From the IMG/VR virus record IMGVR_UViG_3300034200_001443, positions 1 to 64,000 of that record: a stretch of DNA of 64,000 nt; one strand, given 5' to 3'. A model generated the notes under the pieces. That model was given only the letters and a program-made list of their open reading frames with translations. It was not told the origin of the DNA and did not search any database. Within the stretch, counting starts at the first letter, position 1, and each line of letters begins with the position of its first letter. Below are positions 44,911 to 55,000 of the stretch, piece after piece. The translations under genes and the position numbers were made by a program. This DNA comes from a virus.

Positions 44911-45320
44911 CTAGCTACCTAATGGTGCATCTAATATGTCTCCGAAAGGATTTTCGGAGTCTGGATTGAAGTCCGTCGGTGGGACATAAGACTTCGTTGG
45001 TCCTTTTTCAGGATCAAAAACAGATATATCTTCCTCAAAACCATTTGCTGATGTTTGAGAATAAGTATTACTGTTAGATTTAAATCTATAATCTTTGTTG
45101 TATAGACTTTTATAGATAATGCCTCTAGCTTTATCACGAGCTTCTGCTTGTTCTGCACTCGATGTATTAAAATCGGTTTCCATATAGTAATGAAGGACAT
45201 CTAACATGTCTGACATATCCATACTCTCCAATTTTAATCCGTTAGTTAAGGCTTTACCATTTACATAAGGCCAGAGGTCTACTGCCCACTCTGTGATTGC
45301 TCTGGCCCCGACGTAGGGCG
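44911..45320 (-). CDS. Tail assembly chaperone, frameshifted (GT) extension
   Basis: -1 frame overlapping the end of 45279..45629 (PPYVGARAITEW...), directly before the tape measure. Confidence 0.65.
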
Positions 45321-45629
45321 GCCTGAATACTGTTCTACTAGCCAAGCGGTAATTTCGCCTAGTGTTTCTACAGTTACAATCTTGTCCTTATCATCAATAA
45401 GCTTTTCAAATCTTTCATAGCTTTCTGCTAGAAGAGCTCTTGAAAAGATATCTTTAATGGTATCTGCTGCATCTGTAGCGTTTCCACTACCAGCTTTTGC
45501 AACAAGACTTAAAAGCGCATTACCTTGTAGGTTTTTTACGCACTCGAAGTCTTCACCATGAAGTTTAAATGAGATTGGATCGGTGTTTTGAGCTCCACCA
45601 TCTCCAAAATCTTTAAATCGTGTTGTCAT
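45279..45629 (-). CDS. Tail assembly chaperone (G)
   Basis: Position before the tape measure; ends WLVEQYSGRPT... Confidence 0.75.
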   Translation of the reverse strand: MTTRFKDFGDGGAQNTDPISFKLHGEDFECVKNLQGNALLSLVAKAGSGNATDAADTIKDIFSRALLAESYERFEKLIDDKDKIVTVETLGEITAWLVEQYSGRPTSGPEQSQSGQ

Positions 45630-45658
45630 CAGTTTTTCCTTTTCTGTCGTTGTGTTAA

Positions 45659-46042
45659 TTATATCTTGGCTTTAAGAGCATTACTTAAATAACGATTAGC
45701 TTTAGTTCCTGGATGCTGAACTGAATGTGCATAAACAATCTGTCCTCTTGAAACAAACCTAAGCATTTTTCCGCTTTTTGGGGTTATTACTCTAGGAGCA
45801 GTTCCTTCATGATGTGCTAGTGCGTAATTTAAGGTTGACCCAACCCAGATACGTTGACCTCGTGGATCTCTCATGTGTCTCATATGGATAGAGCTACGAA
45901 GATTTCCAGTTCTTACACCTACCATTGCTCTGGCAGCTGTAATTATTTCTTTTCCTTTATTATTTAGAAACCGACCTACTTCTCCGTTAGGATTGTTAAG
46001 AAAGTTATCTAAAACTGTATCGTAAAACTTAACTCTAGCCAT
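45659..46042 (-). CDS. HK97 gp10-like neck / tail completion protein
   Basis: VRTGNLRSSI...YA..HHEGT...HPGT.ANRYL..AL. Confidence 0.8.
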   Translation of the reverse strand: MARVKFYDTVLDNFLNNPNGEVGRFLNNKGKEIITAARAMVGVRTGNLRSSIHMRHMRDPRGQRIWVGSTLNYALAHHEGTAPRVITPKSGKMLRFVSRGQIVYAHSVQHPGTKANRYLSNALKAKI

Positions 46043-46548
46043 TATGGAACCGCCATAGTTATAGTCATACTTACTGTTTGAAACCCACCCTCAGGAGAGC
46101 TAGTTTCTACTGTTGCAATAACTCCAAGACCAAAGTTTGCTGGATCCCATTGATCCAACAGTCTTGAGCTATCCAACAGAATCCATGCGTCGTATGCAGA
46201 AATTTCTGAACCATCTTGAATTGCATCTCCAGATGGTGCTCTGCCATTTGTTCCTACTGTAGGAACTTCACGAGAAACTTGAACTAAAAGAGTTACTGAG
46301 CGAGGATCATTGCATCTGCGTGGAGAGGTTGCTTCATCTCCTGGAGATCCAATGTACATTTGCAACATAGAAACAACTACCTGCTCGCAATCAACAGCTG
46401 GTGTACCTAATGTCCAATAGCGACGACCAGGAAGTGGCATCGTGTAAGAAGTATATGTATTTATTACAGCATTAAGAACGTTTTGCATAAGAACAGCTAA
46501 ATTCTTAGCATCGTTAGATACTGTAGCTGGGTTCACATCTAGTCCCAT
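46042..46548 (-). CDS. Putative tail terminator / connector
   Basis: Synteny in the connector cluster; P..DC.Q..V and PEGG motifs. Confidence 0.55.
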   Translation of the reverse strand: MGLDVNPATVSNDAKNLAVLMQNVLNAVINTYTSYTMPLPGRRYWTLGTPAVDCEQVVVSMLQMYIGSPGDEATSPRRCNDPRSVTLLVQVSREVPTVGTNGRAPSGDAIQDGSEISAYDAWILLDSSRLLDQWDPANFGLGVIATVETSSPEGGFQTVSMTITMAVP

Positions 46549-46576
46549 ATGTCCTCTTGTCCTTTAGTTTCTTTAG

Positions 46577-47716
46577 TTATACGGTATAAATTGGAATTGT
46601 TCGTTCGCCTAATTGCATAATAATGTTACTAGAAATTAGCGGAACAATCTCGTCGACAGCTGGATTTGCAAGACTTGGGCGAACAGCGTACATATCTAAA
46701 ATTCCTGGGTCACGAGGACCTAGTACATCTAATACATCTTTATAAGTTGTACTAATTCTTATTGTATTTTCTACTCTATCAACTGCAGCTGCGTTAGCAA
46801 TTGTTGTAGTTGTGAGGTTATTAATGTCAGAAAAATCAATTTGTATGGTCCAGTTATTGTCAGAATCTAAGAAGTCTCCATTAATTTCTGAGAAATAATA
46901 AAGATTAGCTGCGCCATCGGCTGTTACATAGAGATCAAATGCGCTAAGTGGATAGAGAGGAGATGCTCCAGTAATACGACGAGCACGAGGTTGATCAGGG
47001 CTAAAGACACGAGCGCGGGCGCGAGCTTTGTCTGGGTTAGCTGTTTTAAGAAAAAGATCAATTGCATATATACCAGTGCGAAGTTCATCAATAAAATCTT
47101 GGCTGTCAAGAAGGGTATATGAAACACCTTGACGAGAGATAGATGTAACTCGTTGTGGAAGAGCACAGGTGTCATCATTTTCATAAAGCTTTACAAGCTC
47201 TGTAGCAAGAACACGGGCAGCAGCACGACCTGCAGTAGGCGCTGGTGTTCCGTAGGTATAAGTAACTTCTACTTGAGATGGTGACCAACCTGCTCCGGGT
47301 ACTCCAAGAATTGTTGAGTGGTCAGATAAATAATATTTGTTTGGCTCGATAATGTTTCCATCAAGATCACGAAGGGTATGCACTTTAATTACCTTGCGAC
47401 CACGAAGACGTACACGAGAGTTTGCAGAGGTTCCATCACCTTGGAAGTCATCATCTGCGTAGCGATTAAATCCGCCAGATGCAATATTTACAATGTTGCC
47501 ATCTACTAAAACTGGAGTGTAGGTAAGGCTTGATCCGCCTGAGCGAAGATAAGGATCGTAAGAAGATACATATCTCTCTGTTACTGTTGTTACACCGCTA
47601 AATTTACGGCCTGACATTCCCCAAAGAAGATAAGAGGCTGTTTTACAAGCTTCGTAGGCGTAATCAGAGTTAGTGTATGTACCTAACTCTTCTGGTGTTA
47701 CCCAAAGATTACTCAC
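46577..47716 (-). CDS. Head-to-tail adaptor with extra C-terminal domain
   Basis: A...LW..SGR.F and C.LP.RVTSI.RQGVS...TGI..IDLF...NP motifs, as in actinophage adaptors. Confidence 0.75.
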   Translation of the reverse strand: MSNLWVTPEELGTYTNSDYAYEACKTASYLLWGMSGRKFSGVTTVTERYVSSYDPYLRSGGSSLTYTPVLVDGNIVNIASGGFNRYADDDFQGDGTSANSRVRLRGRKVIKVHTLRDLDGNIIEPNKYYLSDHSTILGVPGAGWSPSQVEVTYTYGTPAPTAGRAAARVLATELVKLYENDDTCALPQRVTSISRQGVSYTLLDSQDFIDELRTGIYAIDLFLKTANPDKARARARVFSPDQPRARRITGASPLYPLSAFDLYVTADGAANLYYFSEINGDFLDSDNNWTIQIDFSDINNLTTTTIANAAAVDRVENTIRISTTYKDVLDVLGPRDPGILDMYAVRPSLANPAVDEIVPLISSNIIMQLGERTIPIYTV

Positions 47717-47740
47717 ACTCTCACCTCGTCTCTAAGTAAG

Positions 47741-47790
47741 AAGGCGGGCACAAACCGTAGTTTAAAAACCATCGGCTCGATGCCCGCCTT
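47741..47790 (-). terminator. Long GC-rich hairpin after the major tail gene
   Basis: aaggcgggca/tgcccgcctt 10-bp stem extended by cgagccg/cggtttg on the - strand. Confidence 0.65.
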
Positions 47791-47800
47791 TCCTAATGAA

Positions 47801-48847
47801 TTAAGCGGTTGGATCCTCGGTTGACGCAATAATGAAGTCAACTGGTAGATCCGCGTTGTATTCTTCGCTACCTGGAACGTTGAATGAAGATGTTGAGCCT
47901 TGTGAGTCAAAATCTGTCACTGCAAGGTATCCACGGTTACGAAGTACTGAACCAACTGGGCTAACTGCTGTAGATGCAACATCTGATGCAGTCTTTGCAT
48001 AGCGGAAGGTTGTTGTGGTTGGAACTGCTGTGATTGTGTAAGTACCGTTAAATGTTGAATCAACGCCGCTTACAGTCACGCTCTGACCAACTTCAAACCC
48101 ATGTGCAGCACCTGTTGTAAGCGTTGCAATGTTTGATGTTAAAGCTTTGTTTGAAACTGTCTTTGTTGAGTTATTAAACCAGCGGTAGAAGCCTTTTAGA
48201 CCTGTAGGTGAGTATGAAGTACGAGCATATGAGTATGAACGCTCAGTAGCTACTGGATACTCCCAACGGCCATCTAGACCTGAACCAAAGTTAACATTTC
48301 CAAGTCCATAACCTTCAAAGGTTGTGGCAAGCATTCCATTTTCAATTACGCGGTCTCCGCTTTGGCGAAGCTTTGCGTATGGGAATACCCAGTGGAAGTA
48401 TGGGTTAGTTGAAGCACGGCGGCCATCTGCGACAGCAAAAGACCAGCATTCAAGAGCAACACCGTTGCCTGAAGGGTCATCGCCAACGGAAGGTGCGGCC
48501 CAACCGACTGACTTATTCTGTGGTGATGCAAAAGAACCGAAGTTCTTACGAAGCAACAAACCGCCAGAGATTAGTTGTGAAAGTTCTGTATCTGGTTCGC
48601 AAATTGCGAGTTCCATTGTAATTCGCTTAAGTGTGTCAGGGGCTTTGTATGACACGCATACAGTGCCGTCTGCTGACTTCTCAACGATTTCGTCACCCTC
48701 TTCATATTCAGGGGTGAAAGATGTGCGGAGGAACGCCGAGGTTGTGTAGCTGTCTCCTGCTCCATTGAGCAAATTGCCAGCGGCGTCCAGTCTTGTGACT
48801 CGGATCGCCACACCTTGGACGCTAGCCGCATAGTCCTGAGTGGCCAT
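47801..48847 (-). CDS. Major tail protein with an appended repeat domain
   Basis: G..IR.TRLD..G...E.G.EI..K.A.G.VC motif (cluster-B-like); strongly biased codons; C-terminal HGFEVG...FNGTYTIT domain. Confidence 0.85.
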   Translation of the reverse strand: MATQDYAASVQGVAIRVTRLDAAGNLLNGAGDSYTTSAFLRTSFTPEYEEGDEIVEKSADGTVCVSYKAPDTLKRITMELAICEPDTELSQLISGGLLLRKNFGSFASPQNKSVGWAAPSVGDDPSGNGVALECWSFAVADGRRASTNPYFHWVFPYAKLRQSGDRVIENGMLATTFEGYGLGNVNFGSGLDGRWEYPVATERSYSYARTSYSPTGLKGFYRWFNNSTKTVSNKALTSNIATLTTGAAHGFEVGQSVTVSGVDSTFNGTYTITAVPTTTTFRYAKTASDVASTAVSPVGSVLRNRGYLAVTDFDSQGSTSSFNVPGSEEYNADLPVDFIIASTEDPTA

Positions 48848-48875
48848 TCCAGTGTTCTCCTTTGTTTATTTCTTA

Positions 48876-49754
48876 CTAGGTTGTGGGTAGTGCTAGACGA
48901 ATTGTGTAAAAGATACTTGGATCAAAGTATACCGCAGCTGAACGAACCGCTCTGACTGTTAAGTCATTTGTATTCGTACTTACAGTTGCACCTTGACCTA
49001 GGTTCTCATTTACAATTTCAACTTTACTTAGGTGTATATCAACAGGGCCAGTTGCAAACATCCACTTATTTGAAGCAGAAGCAGTGGTGTTGGCATCTTC
49101 TAAACGCCCAGCACCTGTGTAACCAGATCCAATGACAACATCTGTTCCTAAGCGAGTCATTGCTTTACCTGTTTTTCCTCCATCTGCTGGTAGGTAGATG
49201 ATGCGAGATCCTAGGATCGAAGCAACATCGCGGGTCATGTGAATGACTCCGTTTGTTCCTGCTGGCGATGAAGAAATTGCTTGTTCCAACAGCATAAGTG
49301 CTGTTGCTGGAGCTAGAGCACCGCTATTTACTACGGTTGCTACTCCTGTTTCCCTTAAAAAATCATTCCCATTTGTTTCAGCAATTGAAGCTTTGCCTTC
49401 CCAAAACTCAAGCTCTACTGCTTTTTGTGTTGCTGCTTCTAACTGCTTTCTAGCGATTGCAAAACGATCTTCACCATTAATACCAAAATATGAACGAGTA
49501 TCTGTTACTTGAATAAAGAAAGGTTCGTACTCTTTGAATTGTGGAAGAGTTGATGTTCCTACAACTGCACTAGCAGCTGCGTCATTTACTGTAAATATTT
49601 CTACTTCTGGTTGTGAATCAAACTCGTAGCTAAAGCCACGAACCCAACGCTCATCGTAATTTGCGGTGGTATGAGTCATAACCCGAGCGACACTTAGAAG
49701 TCCGCAAGGTGCCTGAACCAAATCTGGTGCTGGATAGATTCCTCTAAACGCCAT
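48876..49754 (-). CDS. Second capsid protein (capsid pentamer-like)
   Basis: P..GLL.VA...RW..G..Y...PF motif and position between major capsid and major tail, as in Rosebush-like actinophages. Confidence 0.65.
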   Translation of the reverse strand: MAFRGIYPAPDLVQAPCGLLSVARVMTHTTANYDERWVRGFSYEFDSQPEVEIFTVNDAAASAVVGTSTLPQFKEYEPFFIQVTDTRSYFGINGEDRFAIARKQLEAATQKAVELEFWEGKASIAETNGNDFLRETGVATVVNSGALAPATALMLLEQAISSSPAGTNGVIHMTRDVASILGSRIIYLPADGGKTGKAMTRLGTDVVIGSGYTGAGRLEDANTTASASNKWMFATGPVDIHLSKVEIVNENLGQGATVSTNTNDLTVRAVRSAAVYFDPSIFYTIRLALPTT

Positions 49755-49825
49755 TTCTAGTTTTCTCCTGTTTCTTTCTAAGTGTCTGCTCGGGTTTTGA
49801 CTTAATTACTTTAGGCTACCGAATT

Positions 49826-51910
49826 TTAGTATTCGATTGCCGCAGCGGTTGCGCCACCTGTTGTGTCACGGAGAGCTGCTGCTACACCGTTCACTGAGAT
49901 GGTTGATGTGACCTTGAGTGACTCAACGCCAACCTTTGCTACACCTTCGAAGGTTTCAACGAACATCTTGTAGTCGTTGGTTCCAACAAGGGTAGAATCA
50001 CGGATAACTCCGAGATCCAATGTACCGCCATCTAGGAACAAGAATGTTCCTTCTGCGAACATGTACCAGACGAATGTGTCTGCGAACTCGTTCATTGCAG
50101 CAGCACCTTGTGCATCGGTGAAATCATCGATGTGGTAGGTGATGTTGATGTTGCGAGATGCGATGTAACCATCGATCTCTGCGGCTGCATTAAGGGTGTT
50201 GTCACCAGGAGCTGCGATAGCAAGATCTGCAACCATTGCATCCTTGATCCAATATGGAGCAATGACGCGAAGTGGAGCATCTGCCTCTAGGCGATGGCGA
50301 CCACGGTAGTTAGCTGCTGCGCGACCTAGTTGTACTAGGAAGTCACGAGCTACACCGATTAGTGATGTTGATGTAACAGCTGTTGACAGTGCTGTCAAGC
50401 GAGTAAGGATTTGTCCTTCTGCTTCACGAGCGTGCTGAATAAGACCAAGCTCATTGTGGCGAGCGATCAATTCAGGATATGCACGAGTCATCAAGTTACC
50501 GAATTGTAGCTGTAGTGTTACAGCATCAGTAGCAACAGTGTTTTCACCAGCAGCAGTTACAGTCAAACTAAGCTTTGCAGCTGGGTTTGGTGTTTCTGCT
50601 GAGTCGTTTGCTGCGGTCCAGATTCCAACAGCGTTAGCGTATGAGCTAAGTACTGGTGGAGTTACGAAGCGGATACCGCCACGGTCAGCCTGGAATTTTG
50701 GAAGTGCATCACGAAGTGGACGAGCAGTGGTACCAAGACCAAAGATGTCGTACTTAACTTCGAATGGTGTTGAATGTCCACCAGATGCAACAAGTGCTTC
50801 AGGACCAGTTACGGCCTGAACCTTTGCCCAGTTTGACTCAGCATCTGTTGTCAGAGTGCGAGCTTCTGGGTATTGAGTAGCGATAGATGCAACGATGTGT
50901 TGCTCTCCATCTCCACCATTTACGCGACGTAGAGCGTGGATACGCTTTTCGAACGCTGAAGCAACATCGATCATGTTGTTCATTGGGCTGCCAGCTGTGT
51001 AGCCAGGAATGTCAGCACCCGCAGTGATTGCCACGGGAGCTACAGATGCCTGTGCAACAGGGCGACGGTCAGCCGGGACCTCGATATTGAGGTTATCTGC
51101 ATTATCAGCAGCGGCGGTCACAGGTGCCTCCATCTTTTCTTGAACCTCTGTAGGTTCTGTTTGTGTTTGGATTGATGCTTCTGCATCTTCTGTAACTTCT
51201 GCAACTGCAGCTTCTGAATCTGCAACAACTGCTGCATCTTCAACAACTACTTCTGCTTCTGTTACAACTGCTTCAACAGCTTCTGCTGCTTCAACAGGTG
51301 CTGCTTCTGCGGCTGGAGCATCTTCTGCACCATCTGCAACAACAGCGGTTGCCTCTACAGCGGCAGCTGCTTCGGTAACAACTTCGTTTGATTCTGTCGA
51401 AAGTTCGACGGTCTTATCTGCATCGATTGACGCTTCGGACATTTTTTCCTCTTCCTTTTTCTTTTCCTCATCCATCACTGGAGTTGGTGCTTCTTCTTCC
51501 ATTGGCATTTCTTCTGCCATAGGAGCTTCGGCTGCAGGAACTTCTTCAGAAGGCATGTCTTCTTCTTTTTTATCTTCAGCCATTGCAGCTTCAGATTCAG
51601 AAGTCATCTCTTCTTTCTTTTCCTCTGAGGAATCGGATTCCATATCCTTTTCTTTGTCTTCGCCGTACACACGAGAGGCTGCTTCTGCTGCCCGCTGTGC
51701 GAGCTCTTGAACCGCGGCCTCGCGTCGCTTGAATTCACCTTGAACGGTGCCAAGCATGTCGGCTAATGACGACATTGCGTCAACTGATTGCGGAGTAAGG
51801 TCATCTTTTTCTACAGACTCAAATTCTTTGATTATCTTGTTCTGTAACTCAGTAACTTGATCGTCAGTGAGTTCAGCTAGTGAATCAAATGATTCTTTAA
51901 TTTGGTCCAT
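49826..51910 (-). CDS. Major capsid (hexamer) protein with N-terminal acidic scaffold-like region
   Basis: Glu/Ala-rich N-terminal region, ALVASGG..P....YD, LP.F...RGGI, LDLG..RDS.L...NDY..F.E.FE; strong codon bias. Confidence 0.9.
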   Translation of the reverse strand: MDQIKESFDSLAELTDDQVTELQNKIIKEFESVEKDDLTPQSVDAMSSLADMLGTVQGEFKRREAAVQELAQRAAEAASRVYGEDKEKDMESDSSEEKKEEMTSESEAAMAEDKKEEDMPSEEVPAAEAPMAEEMPMEEEAPTPVMDEEKKKEEEKMSEASIDADKTVELSTESNEVVTEAAAAVEATAVVADGAEDAPAAEAAPVEAAEAVEAVVTEAEVVVEDAAVVADSEAAVAEVTEDAEASIQTQTEPTEVQEKMEAPVTAAADNADNLNIEVPADRRPVAQASVAPVAITAGADIPGYTAGSPMNNMIDVASAFEKRIHALRRVNGGDGEQHIVASIATQYPEARTLTTDAESNWAKVQAVTGPEALVASGGHSTPFEVKYDIFGLGTTARPLRDALPKFQADRGGIRFVTPPVLSSYANAVGIWTAANDSAETPNPAAKLSLTVTAAGENTVATDAVTLQLQFGNLMTRAYPELIARHNELGLIQHAREAEGQILTRLTALSTAVTSTSLIGVARDFLVQLGRAAANYRGRHRLEADAPLRVIAPYWIKDAMVADLAIAAPGDNTLNAAAEIDGYIASRNINITYHIDDFTDAQGAAAMNEFADTFVWYMFAEGTFLFLDGGTLDLGVIRDSTLVGTNDYKMFVETFEGVAKVGVESLKVTSTISVNGVAAALRDTTGGATAAAIEY

Positions 51911-51935
51911 TACTGTTCCTTTTCCGGGCCAGTTA

Positions 51936-52038
51936 CGACAAGAAGGTGTTAAGGCTTCTCGTCTCGCTTATCAGTCGAGGCCGAGGGACTCACAGACGCA
52001 TTAGATGCGTGGAGGCACTCCACCTGATTTATATAGTA
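51936..52038 (-). promoter_or_regulatory. Putative promoter (-10 TACTAT) and structured 5' leader of the capsid gene
   Basis: - strand TACTAT at 52038-52033, then atcag...ctgat enclosing acgca/tgcgt, then a 9-bp stem gacgagaag/cttcttgtc before the aagga RBS. Confidence 0.55.
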
Positions 52039-52078
52039 CATTATTTTTTATATGGTTATTTGTACGATTATCTTCTAC

Positions 52079-55000
52079 TTAGGTAAGTAAGCGAAGAAGC
52101 TTTGCCATCTGGGAAGATATTTCTGATTGATTATAGAGATCGCTACCTGAAATAAACTTCTTCAAACCCTCTGTTGCTTCGTCAGCATCTTCTTGACCAA
52201 TCTTGTCCTCTACACGAGTAATCATGTCTTTCATGAGGTCTCTAAGAGCTGGAGGAACGTCTGAGAAGCGAATCTTTTCTGCATCTTCACCGAAGGCAAA
52301 AGGTAGGTTAGCAATAACCTTTCCAAGCTCTCCAGCGCTAATTCGAACGTTCTCTAAAGCTTCAGCATTTAGTGCTCCAGAGTCCAATCGGTCAATAATT
52401 CCGAGTAAATCTCCTGCTGCTTTAGCTGCTCCAGCGTAATCGCCAGTGCTATCAAAGTTTTCAGCTTCTGCAATTTTATCTAGGACACGGTCTAAACCAG
52501 ATGTTCCAAGATCCTGCTTGATACGGGCTAATACCTGACGGAACTTGCCTGAGGCATCACGAGGTTGAGTTTCAGGGGTGTATTTAGCACGGCCATCTTC
52601 ATCACGAGAGATACCATCATTTTCTTGATCTTTACGAGCTTTTGCTTCAGTTTTTAATGCTTCAATTTCTTCATCTGTAAGGTCAGCAATCTCTTCTTCT
52701 ATAGGATCTTCAGCAAATTCTTGTGTTGAAAAAACTGCTTCTGAATTCATAGAAGCTGCTGCAAAAGTTGCTCGAGTTTTCATAGTCTCGACAATTTCAT
52801 CTAAATTAGAGGCTGCACCTTTCCAACTTTCTGGAATGATTTCTTCTCTATTAAGACCAATAGCACGTTTCATGATATGACGTTTTACCTTGCCACGGCT
52901 TCCTGGCCTTGAGCGACCATAAGCACGGATAGCATTTTTTAAATCCTGAGGATTGCGGATAGGAAAGGATCCATCTGGAAGTGCTTTTCCTTCTTCAGCA
53001 AGACGCATACGAGTCTTACGAGAGATAACTCCCATTTCATTTTCTGGGTCATCATCGAACATCTCGGTCATATAGTCATAATCGAGATCCGAGTCTACTT
53101 TTATTTTTGAAACTTTTGCAGCAATTAAAGCTTTTTGCTCTGATAATTGTGCATTTTGAAAAGCTTGAATACGAGAACGAGCATCATTTGCTGAAGCAAC
53201 TAAAGCTTCTTTTTGTGGACGCTCTAAAGCTTCAAGACGACCCTTCATTTCTAAAAGTGGATCGCTTTTTAGTTGTGCAAGAACACTTGCTCCAGCAGCA
53301 ACAAGAGCCATAACAGATCCTGATGCAACACGAGCACGAGCAATTGGGAATCCTGGAACATTTACCTGACATACAGCAACTAGTTCTAAAGAATTTTTAA
53401 TTGGGCGCCAGTCACCAGATGGTGCTGATGCACGAAGTGCACGAATTTGTTCTGGTGTAGATCCTGGACGAACTGATCCAGCTACCCAAATACCATAGGC
53501 ATCTTCTCCAGCATGTACATCTGCAATTGCAGACGCTGTGTCGTCGTAGTGACGAACTGCTTCAGAGGCTGATGCTTCTAGTGATGCGTGTCCCCCCGCA
53601 AGAGTTAATTGCCCTACTGGTACATCTGTACCATCATCTGTACGAACTACACCTGTGTGAAAATATGCATACTTGCTACGACTGCGTGGAGGCTTGGTTC
53701 CCATACTCATGCCGATATGATCAACATTCCAAGCTGCGATATGACCGAATACACGACCATCATCATCAACAGTGAGTGGTGTTGCAGTTGTTAATTTTGG
53801 ATCGTTAAACCACTCTTTTGGTGGATTAACTGGAATTGCACCTGCGATCATTCCGCAAGCAACAAGAGCCGAAGCATCGAGAGGGTTTACTCCTTCGACA
53901 TATACGCCGTCAGGGATATTCACTTCTTCCTCTTCTCCGCCGAGCTCATCGGCGAGTTGAATTGAGCATTCTTGGAAAGCTGGCTTCGGCACCAAAGTCA
54001 CAGCCATGACTCGTGCTTTCTTGATCTTTATTTTACCGCTTTCTACCTTGGTGTCAGAAGTTTCTTTAACCTCTTGAACCTCTTCGTCACCCTCAAATTG
54101 ATCGAGATCTGCCGAAACTCCACGAATAAAGCCACCACGAACTAGTCGTTCAGCTTCTTGTCCATATGCGCCTTTATCAAAGTAGCCTTTAGCATTTCCT
54201 ATTCCGCCATCTACTCTTTCCATTACAACAATTTTTCCAACTACAACCGACCCATTATGGCCTTCTCCTGTTTGAATTTGCCATAAAAGAGGCAGTGGAA
54301 GATCTCTTATAGAAAGAGCATCTTTAACAATAACTCTGCCATCTCCAGACTCGACTTCTTCTGGGATAACTAGAGGAATATAGAACTCTGACCCTTGGTC
54401 ATAATCCATGTCGCCACCAGCGGTCATAACTCTAGCTTTAGCATCTGCTGCTCTAGCACGCATAATAAAAGTGCTCAAAAGTTCATCATAATTATGCAAA
54501 GTATCGACACTAAATGATGTCATTTCACGATTCTTTTTATCGCCTGGCCAGTAACCATTTGCTTCTTTATGACGAAGAGCGCAGTAGCCCTTTGCACGAG
54601 GTCCCATGTATTTAGCTAATTGACGATAGCAACGGGTCCAGTCTCCTGGAGTTCTCCAACGAATTTTTGCTGCACCTTTACCGTATAACCAATAACGACG
54701 AAGCTTTTCTGCTTGACCGCGGTTACGATCTAGTCCTCCAGCAGCAGTCATTGACTCGCCTTTGTTGTCTACTTGCTCTAAAACGTCAACAAGAGTTTTG
54801 TCATCTAAGACAACCACTGGTGGAGGTGTTGCACTACGAAGATCATTTAATATCTGGGAATCAAGTATCCATTTACCATCTTTACGAGTGTAGGTAGCTG
54901 GTTCAATTGTTTTATTAGATGCAGGTACAAGAGCAACTAAATCCATAACAGCTTGCGGGTCATCTGGTGAAACTATTGCCATATGAAGAATAGGCACATC

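Noticed and set aside
51915-52040. tRNA or known riboswitch in the capsid leader
   Set aside because: No cloverleaf, TTC loop or riboswitch consensus that I can recognise; kept only as an unclassified structure.
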